A stretch of 64,000 nt of DNA from Neoechinorhynchus agilis (taxonomy: Eukaryota; Animalia; Acanthocephala), in NCBI GenBank assembly GCA_051530055.1, contig CM121343.1, positions 4,992,389 to 5,056,388 on the forward strand, read 5' to 3'. The notes below the pieces were generated by a model that had not been told where the DNA came from, searched no databases, and was given only the letters and a program-made list of their open reading frames with translations. Position 1 is the first letter of the stretch. The number at the start of each line of letters is the position of its first letter. A program made the position numbers and the translations under genes. Of the stretch, positions 36,771-47,448 are shown piece after piece.

Positions 36771-39116
36771 GAGTTGATGATGGATCCGGTGTGGACGATA
36801 GATCCGGTGTGGGTGATGGATCCGGTGTGGATCGACGGATCCGGCGTGGATGGACGGATCCGGTGTGGATGGACGGATCCGTTGTGGATGGACGGATCCG
36901 GTGTGGACGATAGATCCGGTGTGGGTGATGGATCCGGTGTGGGTGATGGATCCGGTGTAGACGATAGATCCGGTGTGGATGATGGATCCGGTGTGGATGA
37001 CGGATCCGGTGTAGACGATAGATCCGGTGTAGACGATAGATCCGGTGTGGATGACGGATCCGGTGTGGACGAACGGATCCGGTGTGGATGACGGATCCGG
37101 TGTAGACGATAGATCCGGTGTGGATGACGGATCCGGTGTGGATGAAGGATCCGGTGTGGATGACGGATCCGGTGTGGACGAGATCCGGTGTGGGTGATGG
37201 ATCCGGTGTAGACGAGATCCGGTGTGGATGACGGATCCGGTGTGGATGGACGGATCCGGTGTGGATGGACGGATCCGGTGTGGATGGACGGATTCGGTGT
37301 GGACGATGATCCGGTGTGGGTGATGGATCCGGTGTGGTGAGGATCCGGTGTAGACGATAGATCCGGTGTGGACGATAGATCCGGTGTGGTGATGGATCCG
37401 GTGAGACGGATCCGGTGTGGATGACGGATCCGGTGTGGATGACGGATCCGGTGTGGACGAGATCCGGTGTGGATGATGGATCCGGTGTGGATGATGGATC
37501 CGGTGTGACGAGATCCGGTGTGGAGACGGATCCGGTGTGGATGACGGATCCGGTGTGGACGATAGATCCGGTGTGGGTGATGGATCCGGTGTGGGTGATG
37601 GATCCGGTGTAGACGATAGATCCGGTGTGGATGACGGATCCGGTGTGGATGACGGATCCGGTGTGGACGATAGATCCGGTGTGGATGACGGATCCGGTGT
37701 GGATGACGGATCCGGTGTGGACGAAGATCCGGTGTGGATGACGGATCCGGTGTGGATGACGGATCCGGTGTGGACGAGATCCGGTGTGGATGACGGATCC
37801 GGTGTGGATGACGGATCCGGTGTAGACGATAGATCCGGTGTGGATGACGGATCCGGTGTGGATGACGGATCCGGTGTGACGGATCCGGTGTGGATGATGG
37901 ATCCGGTGTGGATGGACGGATCCGGTGTGGATGATGGATCCGGTGTGGATGAACGGATCCGGTGTGGATGGACGGATCCGGTGTGGATGGACGGATCCGG
38001 TGTGGATGGACGGATCCGGTGTGGACGAACGGATCCGGTGTGGATGGACGGATCCGGTGTGGACGAACGGATCCGGTGTGGATGGACGGATCCGGTGTGG
38101 ATGACGGATCCGTTGTGGATGGACGGATCCGTTGTGGATGGACGGATTCGGTGTGGACGAACGGATCCGGTGTGGATGGACGGATCCGTTGTGGGTGGAC
38201 GGATCCGTTGTGGATGACGGATCCGGTGTGGACGAACGGATCCGGTGTGGATGGACGGATCCGGTGTGGATGACGGATCCGGTGTGGATGGACGGATCCG
38301 GTGTGGATGGACGGATCCGGTGTGGATGGACGGATCCGGTGTGGACGAACGGATCCGGTGTGGATCGACGGATCCGGTGTGGATGGACGGATCCGGTGTG
38401 GATGATGGATCCGGTGTGGACGAACGGATCCGGTGTGGATGACGGATCCGGTGTGGATGACGGATCCGGTGTGGATGGACGGATCCGGTGTGGATGATGG
38501 ATCCGGTGTGGACGAACGGATCCGGTGTGGATGACGGATCCGGTGTGGATGACGGATCCGGTGTGGATGACGGATCCGGTGTGGAGCGGATCCGGTGACG
38601 AACGGATCCGGTGGGATGACGGATCCGGTGTGGATGACGGATCCGGTGTGGATGGACGGATCCGGTGTGGACGAACGGATCCGGTGTGGATGACGGATCC
38701 GGTGATCGACGGATCCGGTGTGGATGGACGGATCCGGTGTGGATGATGGATCCGGTGTGGACGAGTCCGGTGTGGACGAACGGATCCGGTGTGGATGACG
38801 GATCCGGTGTGGATGACGGATCCGGTGTGGATGACGGATCCGGTGTGGATGGACGGATCCGGTGTGGATGAACGGATCCGGTGTGGACGAACGGATCCGG
38901 TGTGGATCGACGGATCCGGTGTGGATGGACGGATCCGGTGTGGATGATGGATCCGGTGTGGATGAACGGATCCGGTGTGGATGAACGGATCCGGTGTGGA
39001 TGACGGATCCGGTGTGGACGAACGGATCCGGGTGGATGGACGGATCCGGTGTGGATGGACGGATCCAGTGTGGATGATGATTCCGGAGTGGATGATGGGT
39101 CCGGAGTGCATGACCC
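36771..39116. repeat. Minisatellite, about 2.35 kb, 18-19-bp unit GGATCCGGTGTGGATG(G)AC and variants
   Basis: Roughly 125-130 units estimated from length; variants ..GACGATAGATCC.., ..GACGAACGG.. and ..GGGTGATGG.. occur in blocks. Confidence 0.98.
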
Positions 39117-39120
39117 GCTA

Positions 39121-39265
39121 TCGACTAACAAACAAACTGACCATGAATGATGATGAACCCGACAAGGTTCGCAGAACGTCTAATAAATAATCATTTACCG
39201 TGGGTGAAGACTTCTAGACAATAATTTCGATCACATTCCACGGTATCTCCTCGCACATATCGACA
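39121..39265 (+). mobile_element. Right arm of a family-1 Penelope-like mini-element with hammerhead-like motif
   Basis: CGACTAACAAACAAACTGA (same start as at 11438), TGATGATGAACCCGACAAGGTTCGCAGAACGTC, ending CACATATCGACA; degenerate TSD core TGGACTGG at 36614-36621 and 39272-39279. Confidence 0.8.
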
Positions 39266-39420
39266 TTTATATGGACTGGTAAGTATTAATTGTTCTGGTG
39301 TAACTTTACTCTTCCCCGATATTGATTGATTTATTGTATAAATTTTCGACCGTATGCGGTCCTCTTCAGATATCTACAATATGGGCTTAAGTTATTAATT
39401 GGTGTTTCGGAGGCTCAATT

Positions 39421-39475
39421 ATAATAATAACACGTTTTGTTTGTTATAGCACACAAAGAACTCAAGTTCAGATTG
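39421..39475 (-). mobile_element. Very short LINE 3'-tail remnant
   Basis: ATAATAATAACACGTTTT is identical to the LINE terminus at 23871; the stem-loop is not conserved. Confidence 0.45.
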
Positions 39476-39808
39476 GATAAATGAATGTGGCTATTGATGA
39501 AAGGATTCTTCTGATAATGTTAGAATTCAAAAACTAAGGTACGTTTTTTTGGATCACTTTGAGTGCGTAGATCAAAATTCTTGCAAAAAGGAGGATCTAA
39601 AAAGTGAGTTCTTTAGAAACCGAATAGATTGGAATCAGTGTGTGTGTGCGTTAAAAGATGACCCGTATGCAGATTTTCAACGCAGAGAGAATATTGCAGT
39701 TTAAAATTAACAAGCAATTACATTGTGTATTGAAACACACGCACGCGCGCACACACAACTTTAGGCCCTCGCTGGTAGTGTTGTTGGTTGTTGATTTGGT
39801 CACAGAGA

Positions 39809-42800
39809 TCAGGACGATTCGACGGGGTTATGAATGAGTTCGTAGACGGTGGCTTTTTTGTCGCCGGAGCCGGTGATGATGAATCGGTCGTCTTTGCTGA
39901 TATCACAGTTAAGGACAGAAGTGGTTTCTTTGATTCCAAACAAGTTAGTTCCAAATGGATTCCGCCACCCATAGAGCATGTTGTCCTTGCCCGTGGAAAC
40001 AAAATATCTGCCCGATTGGGAATATTTCATTGAAAGCACGCAACTGGTATGGAGCTGAAGTTGATACTTATCGGGTCTGTTAGTACTTAAGACTTCAATG
40101 ACACAGTTTTCCATCCCAACTGCGATCCAATCGCTCGTAGGACAACTACCAAGACTGAAAACTTGACTAGGAAAGTCGTATTGTGCCACTTGCTTTGTAC
40201 CTTGCCTTATATCCCATTGTCTTACACTGTTATCAAGACCTCCAGTCCACATTTGAACGCCGTCTGAAGCTATATCAATGCACGACGCACCATCGGCGTG
40301 GCCCTCTAGATTCCTGATAAGCACCTTATTGTGGATGTCCCACATTCCGATGTTGCCGTCACTATAACAGCTATAGCACACTTTGCCATCAGGAGAAACC
40401 GCCAACGCATAACAGGCAGGAGCGGAAGCCTCGAGCTTCCCCCTTATCTGAGGGGAATTCGAACCACATCCGCCACCGAACCCACCGAGATCCCAAATAA
40501 CAATCGTACTCGCTTCTCCACCGACCACGATAGTTGAGTTATCTTTCAGAAGCTTACATGACCTTATATAACTATCTTTGTTCAGACAATCCAACTGCTG
40601 AATAGCCCTCATGGGTTGCTGCTGCTGTAAATTTCGATTGGCTGAGTCTGATAAAGACGATATGTCCCATATCTTCACGCACCCTTTTCCGCCAGTAAAA
40701 ACATGCTGCAATGTATCACATATAGTCACCGCACAGACGACATCCCCGTGCTGCAATACTTGAATAGGCTTAGCTTGTTTTGGAAAGCCAGCAAGACTTA
40801 TGGAGTTAGGTGACGAGGATTCGTGTGTAAGATTTGTAGGATGTGCTGAGCCATCCGGGGATACGCGGTATGAATACACGGATTTATTGTTCAGCGCCAG
40901 TCTGGCATGAGCTGCAGCCACAGCCGCGGCAGCGTGCGGATCATATGGACCGTATGGACGAATGGGTATACCTGGACCTCCACCACCACCGCCACCAACC
41001 ATGTTCGGCCCACCATGGAGAAGAGCAGCCGATGGTGGACCGAGGTGCGGCGGGTGCATTGAACCACCAGCACCACTTGAGGCCACAGCAGCAGCTGCAG
41101 CCGCTGAGTTTAGAAGAACGTTGTTGTAGTTCGCTGCTGCTGCCAGAGCTTCCGGGTTTAGGTACCCGTGGGGAAAAGGCGGTGGAGCCTGCGCTAGTGA
41201 TGACGCAAGTGCTGAGGGAGGTGGATACAAACTCATCAATTGGTTTGGAAGTATCGGAATTTGAGATGCATGACTCAATGTGGTCGCTAATGAAGTAGCT
41301 AGAACTGAATCTCCTCTCGTCGACATCATGTGCTTCGACGATCTCGAAAGCTGGCTATGTTGGTCATTTCTAAGTCGGTTGTTAAACACGGGACTACTTC
41401 GACAAGAGGACCCATAGCTTTCCCCGGGACTTGAAGCAGGCACCCGCGTCATTGGTTTGACGTTGGACGGTGCGGATGTCGTAGATAATTGGCCGTGTGT
41501 GACACTACCCGTTCCTAAGCTACCGTTGGAACCTACACTGGATATCCGCTGGGAATCAGGAGATGTCCGACCGTTTTCACGTTGCGTTCCACCATGCGAA
41601 TCTGATCGAGCACTGCCGTTGGCAGTTTGGTCGACTTCGACCTTAATAGAAGTGGGCTCATCATCGTCCACTATGAGTTCGTTGTCGCTTTGATCTTCGT
41701 CATCTTCTTCGTCGCATAATTCGACCTTTTCACGTTTGACTTTCCTCGCATGATCCCCGTCCTCAAAGCTATGATTTCGAGCTCGACTGCTGGACTTTGG
41801 TAATATAAGAGACTTGGCCCTCGGCGAGTTCTGCCCATTGTCAATAGAAGCGGAATGTTGTTGTTGTTGCTGTTGCTGTTGCTGCTGTTGTTGCTGCTGT
41901 TGCATGTGATGATTTTGGGCAGCCAAGGCCATCGCAGCCAATGCAGCTTGATTGTGCGGCACATTCAAATTGGGCTGAGAAGCTAGAGATATGTTAGCGG
42001 TTCCAGTATGAGCGGCAGCAGCAACCATGGCAGCCTGAGAGTAGCTGTTCATCTGAGGTCCCGAAGGTAGTTGCATTTGTGATTGCTTTAAAAGCGCACA
42101 AAAATGGGTAAATAGATGAAGGTTTAATCGATTTGTGCATTAAGATCTTACTTGAATGATTGATCCGAGTTCCGTGATACTGACATGTTTGGATCTTTCA
42201 ACGGCACTAGCTACCTGCTGTTGTTGCTAAGCCGAGGAAAGGTTTAATGTGTGTGTTTGTAGATAAAGAGACTTACATCTTGTGGCAGATAAGGGATCAT
42301 CTGATGGCACAAATTGACCAATCGCTTTGAAATTTCGTTGTGTTTGTGCATTTCAACATTGAGCGTATAGGACATTTCATAGTACTAATTTTTCAATCTT
42401 AAATTGCTGGCACGAAGATTCATGCTTACCATGACGTAATGTCGTTGTAGTTCGCTTTTTTCATGTGAGAGCTTGTCGCATTCCATTTTGAGACTAAATG
42501 GAGCGACGCATTTAAATGGAGCGACAACTAGCGACAAGTACCTGTGATATTGTGCCTGCAAGTACTCGAATTCCTTTTTTATTCTCTCACAGAACTCCAT
42601 GACCCTGAACTCAAACTGACCGGAACCAGCGGACGGTTGTGCCTGTACTTGTGACTGTGGTTGGTTAGGCTGCTGGTTAGGAGGAGGAGGACCAGAAGGT
42701 GGCTGTGGTGGTGGTGGTGGCGGTGGTGGCGGCTATAATATGTGGTGACCACCACGACCAGACGGTTAATTGGGGGTGTGACGAACAAGGGAGTATCACT

Positions 42801-42824
42801 TACGGGTAAACGACCTGGAAACAT
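39809..42824 (-). CDS. TLE: Groucho/TLE transcriptional co-repressor (Q, GP, CcN, SP and WD40 domains)
   Basis: [51 protein letters not shown]-domain over four short GT-AG introns; WD40 [35 protein letters not shown]; poly-Q at 41858-41902. Confidence 0.97.
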
Positions 42825-43471
42825 GAGGAGGTAGCCTTGCTTGTATATTTAGCGATGACTGAAGAGATTGTATCTACAAGCATCAGGCAGTTCGTATAAG
42901 AGGCCTTAGTTGTGCACTCCCCGTGCGGTTGTTGTTGTATCAGCCACCGTCGTCGCCGCCGCCGCCGCCGCCGCCAATGGAGTGCAACTCTCGCTCTCTG
43001 ATATGTATACAGAATGAAGAGTGCACTTCAACGCGCGCGCGCGTGCGTATGCGTGTGAATGCGGCTATATTGCCGCCGCCGTCGTTTAGCCTTATTGCAC
43101 CCACCACACGCGCGGCCGTAGGAGGGACCGGGCAATCGCAGGAGACGCGAGGTGGACACGGATTTCCGGCACAAACCAACCGGGTCCTTCGAAAAAACAA
43201 AGCAGTCGGTTTGCGCTTTAATAAGAAGAGCAGAAGACAAAACAGACCGTAATCAAATTATGTTCGCTTTTTTTTCTTTACTCCCCCCCCACACACACAG
43301 AGTGCCATTTTGCGCCGTTTCTCATCGAGTTAAACTTCCTTTTCCCAATGATTCGAACCGTGTCAGTGGCGGTTCTACACTCCTTAACCACAAGTGACTC
43401 TCGGCCGCGGACAAGAGCGCCATTTTCATTCCACCTGCACTCTTTTTTTCAGGCGGTGGCAAAGTGAGCGA

Positions 43472-44108
43472 TGACGTCACGTCCCACCGCCCGCTTTCTT
43501 TCCACGGGCCCGTCGCGGCGGCGTCACGAGTGGTCCACGAGTTCACAAATTTTGTTGTATAAGAGAGGGCGGAGAAGCTCTTTAGTTTTGGAGATGTCTG
43601 GCGTATGTGGCACTATACAAACGGTTCCCATCAAACTTACGCAAGATCCTCTTGTGTCTATGTAGATATAACGTGTTAGCAAGAATGACGAGAAGACACC
43701 AGCGTTGTGGAACACGTCGAATAGGCGGAGAATATGAAACCGGGATTAGCTAATGTGGCGGCATTTCGGATACTTTGACGCTCGGCCGCTTTTCGCGGGC
43801 GCGCGCGCACATTCAAAGACGCCGTCCTCTGACTCGCGCGCGTGCAAACCGTTACGTCACTTCTAAAAAACTGGGCGCGCGAGTCACTCACGACTACTTG
43901 TGAAAGAGGGCGCGCGCGTTGAAATGCCGAGTTCTCTTCTTATTAGACACACACACGCGTACATTTCAATATATTGAAGCGTGGAAAAGCAACCAAGTGC
44001 AGCAAAGTTACGTCACTGCTTAGAGAATCAGAGACGGTGCCATTCACAATGCAATTGAGTCATCATCGCGAATGTGTTCTTGTCGGTCCATTTTACCCGG
44101 TGACGTCA
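43472..44108. promoter_or_regulatory. Cluster of CRE/ATF-like sites in a CpG-rich region upstream of Groucho/TLE
   Basis: TGACGTCA at 43472 and 44101; GTTACGTCAC at 43851 and 44007; (CG)n runs at about 43030 and 43790-43920. Confidence 0.45.
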
Positions 44109-44810
44109 CTGATCAATCTCTTGTGAAAGCCATGTTCATGAAATGAGATTCGTTTTTAAACAATGAACCCTTAATCTAACACTTTGAAATCATCGAAAAA
44201 ATCTTTTCACTATATTTCGTCCTTTACGTGGGATTTCAGGTCTAAAAAGAAAGGAAACACAAAAAGGCTCCACCACGAAAAGTGGATCGGTTGTCGTTAT
44301 CGTAATCGCTGCAGGTGTGACACTTTAGCGATAATGGGATGATATGACGTTATTGCTGTTTACAACCAAGTGTAATAATCTCTTTGTAAATAAATGCTAT
44401 TAAAAGGTGAGAACAAATGACAGCTCATTCATCACTCGTGAGTCTTTTATGATTATTGTCGCGTACCACCTTTTGAATTTCTTTTTATGAAAATCGCAAC
44501 TGATTATTCATATTCTTATTATATTCCCTTCAATAAGTTTACGCGGTTCCATACTTAACAATGAAGTTCCTTTGTTGGCTCGTTTTGTCACTTAAAATCA
44601 AAATTTCAACAAAATACTAAATTTGTTGTTTCCGTCTTAATATTCAAGTGTGAATAAAACGATTAAACAAAGAGGTTTCTGTTCTCTGCCGGGCGAAGAC
44701 TAGGGCAACAAAATTGATAACCCCTCGTCCTCAACAAAACGCATCTCTCTGACGAACAGAAATTGAGTTATTATCCAGGATGCTACAGGGCTCTAAACTT
44801 ATAAACACAC

Positions 44811-45165
44811 AAATCAGTGAACAGTGAACGGGACTGCTAAATTATCTACTCTTATCGATGTTGCGCTAAAGAAGTGCTTCGAACGAGTTACTGATACTCT
44901 AAAGGGTTCATTAATTGAAGGCTATTCCGTGCGAAAAGGAAGCTCTTAGAAATGAGCATTTGGTCGAAGTCAGAAATTGCGAAGGAAATAAAACTAACGG
45001 TTCTAAAGGGGAAATCTAAGAAACAAGTTAAAGACTTACAGAAATCGGGTAGTGAAGTTGCCACGAAGGAGAATTCGGTTTTGGTAGATTCCATCAGTAT
45101 GGCAAGCTCAAACGAAGATTTGTTGGAACCGAATGGTGCTCAAAATACTGCAAATATTGCGAAAC
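44811..45165 (+). other. Dispersed repeat/pseudogene-like segment (copy B)
   Basis: Homologous to 23377-23731 (minus strand); near-identical over the first 250 bp or so. Confidence 0.8.
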
Positions 45166-45166
45166 T

Positions 45167-46795
45167 TTGACAATACAGAGAAAATTCATTCGAATATCCA
45201 ACCGAGACCCACCATTGATAACTCCCATCGTGAAACGCTTTCAAAATCAAGCAAATACAGTCAATCGCAATAAATCTCCAGACTTTAACCGCTTACAAAA
45301 AGCACTAACTGACAAAATACTTGCTTCCCGCAAAACTTCCTTTCCTCCAAAATTCGTTTAGGTTACAATTCAACATGGTAACGGATCCCCTTCCCAAATT
45401 TGTCCTCTTATGAACTGAAACACATTCTAGGCTCCATCAATGATAACTTATGCCCCTACACAAATTGAAATCATTGCCCCACATTGGACTCCACATAAAC
45501 TATCACTCCCACAACCGACACTTCTGTAAACTCTCCAATAGTCCCCATGATTTCGTCATACGAAGTCTTACAGCATTTCAAGAAATTACCTCGAAATTCG
45601 TCCTCCCAATCCGAAATCCTAAACTGAGCTCTTCGCTGAAGCATCCCCGAATTCATACAACCTCTTGCCTTCATCATAAATCACAGCTTTTTATATGGCA
45701 TCTTATCCTCATGCCTAAAAACTGCTAAAGTGATCGTCCTTCCAAAAAATCAACATCCGATTTCCACCGAATCATTCCGTTCAATATCCATTCTATTCGC
45801 CACTTCAAAAATTATCGAAAATTGTATTAAAACTCTCCTTCCAAACAATTATCGCCCCTTCAAGTCGGCTTCCGGCCCAAATTTTCTGCAACGGATGCCC
45901 TACTTTGGATTTGCGGAACGATCCTACGCAACCTGGACAATAATTTCTCTCGCGTCAGCCGTCTCATTCAACTAGACTAATCGACAGCATTCGATTCCGT
46001 AGATTGTTTACTCCTCCGGGCATGCTCTCATTTGGTCTAAACTTGTGGCAGATCCGCTGCCTCGCCTCTTATCTTCACAATCGCAAAACAAAACATTCAC
46101 TGCCGATCTACCTCCTCGATCAGCTTATCTCTCGCCAAAGACGTACCTCAAGGTGCCGTACTCTCACCACTTCTTTTTAATATTCCCCTAAACTACCTTA
46201 AACCCTTCTCACTATAAACTTTTCTTATACGTCGACGTCTCACCCTCATTACTCAATCACCATACCACCTCTCCCATCAACCTTAATTTCTCTTAAAACT
46301 TCGAAATGATCCCCTCATCTCACCGCAACTCCACATCCTATATCGATCTTCCAAATGACATCCAACGAGTCACCTCCCTCAGAATTCTCGATCTCCGATT
46401 TCAATCAAATCTGAAATGGGACGCGCACATTACACTCCCTCAAGCGCAATACCTTTAAAATTTACCGCCTCAAACGCTTCCGGCATATAGAAATCCCATC
46501 ACCCGATCTCTACAAATTTTAATTCAGCTATTTTGCAACCTTTCCCAATCACAAATCCATTGCCTTGAAACGTTTCATAGAAAAGCCTCTAAAAAACCTG
46601 AGGAAAGACCAACCTTATAAGCTTTTCTGCAAACAATAATCGCCAAATCCCATCAGATCACCCGACCGAATCCGTAGTCCACTCCAAGATCAACAACTGC
46701 ATTCATTGAACATATCTGAACACGAGTGTTTGTAGGGAACCAAAGGTACATGGGTCCTTTTCTTTGTTAACTAACAAATAAAACGTGTTTTTATT
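45167..46795 (+). mobile_element. 5'-truncated degenerate LINE (L2/CR1-like) ORF2 remnant, about 1.6 kb
   Basis: RDPPLITPIVK, KTAKVIVLPK, DVPQGAVLSPLLFNI, YVD, FQSNLKWDAHI segments with frameshifts; 3' hairpin GGAACC-AAAGGTACAT-GGGTCC and AATAAAACGTGTT tail. Confidence 0.9.
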
Positions 46796-47448
46796 AAAAT
46801 GCATATTAGGACTGTTTGGCAGTACTAAATCGTTTAGAAATCTTCAAAACTTTTTGATGGCTGCAATAACGACGAGCGAACGGAAATCAAATAGTTCGGC
46901 CTATCATCTGGGTTTCCCCTCTGCTAGAGAGAATTTGGTGTGGGGTCGTGAAGGACTTTGGAGACGTATTGGAAGTTTGCGGATCGCGATTGGACGAACG
47001 AGCCTAACAAATTTGAAGATAGGCGTGGATAACACCTCATTATCTGCATTGTCCACTCGAAAATCTTACGGACATGATGGATTCTTGATAAATATGACTT
47101 TTGTGGTACACTCGATCAGTATGCAACGGAGTTTAGGATGCTGATCTAAAAAGAAAACAATACTTAAGGTTTCGTCGAATGTTCTCAGCGCACAAGAGAC
47201 AAAGTTTAGATTATATTTGAGAACAACATACGATATCACCTTTTCACCGTCCTTCAATTTTCAGCGAGCTCATGGAGCGTGAACGTGTACTGGTTCTAAA
47301 GCGACGACCAACTGATTTGTTTATCAGCAGCACATCCAGCGACTATTGTGGATTTTATGCTTTGTACTCGGTCGTCATATTTTGTAGACTTTGAGTATTT
47401 GTGGCTCCGTAAACACATACACACGCACGCGTACACGCACTCGACGAC

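Noticed and set aside
36771-39116. CRISPR array
   Set aside because: No unique spacers, eukaryotic context and no cas genes; it is a contiguous tandem repeat.
36717-39131. 804-aa and 782-aa ORFs (STPDP/HTGS/HRIR repeats)
   Set aside because: The C-rich strand of the minisatellite lacks stop codons in these frames. Units of 18 and 19 nt shift frame freely, so there is no sign of coding constraint.
39266-39370. Start of a Penelope ORF with a retained intron (ATGGACTG|GTAAGT..TCTTCAG)
   Set aside because: TGGACTGG..AGT also occurs at the left flank (36614), so this is better explained as target-site sequence.
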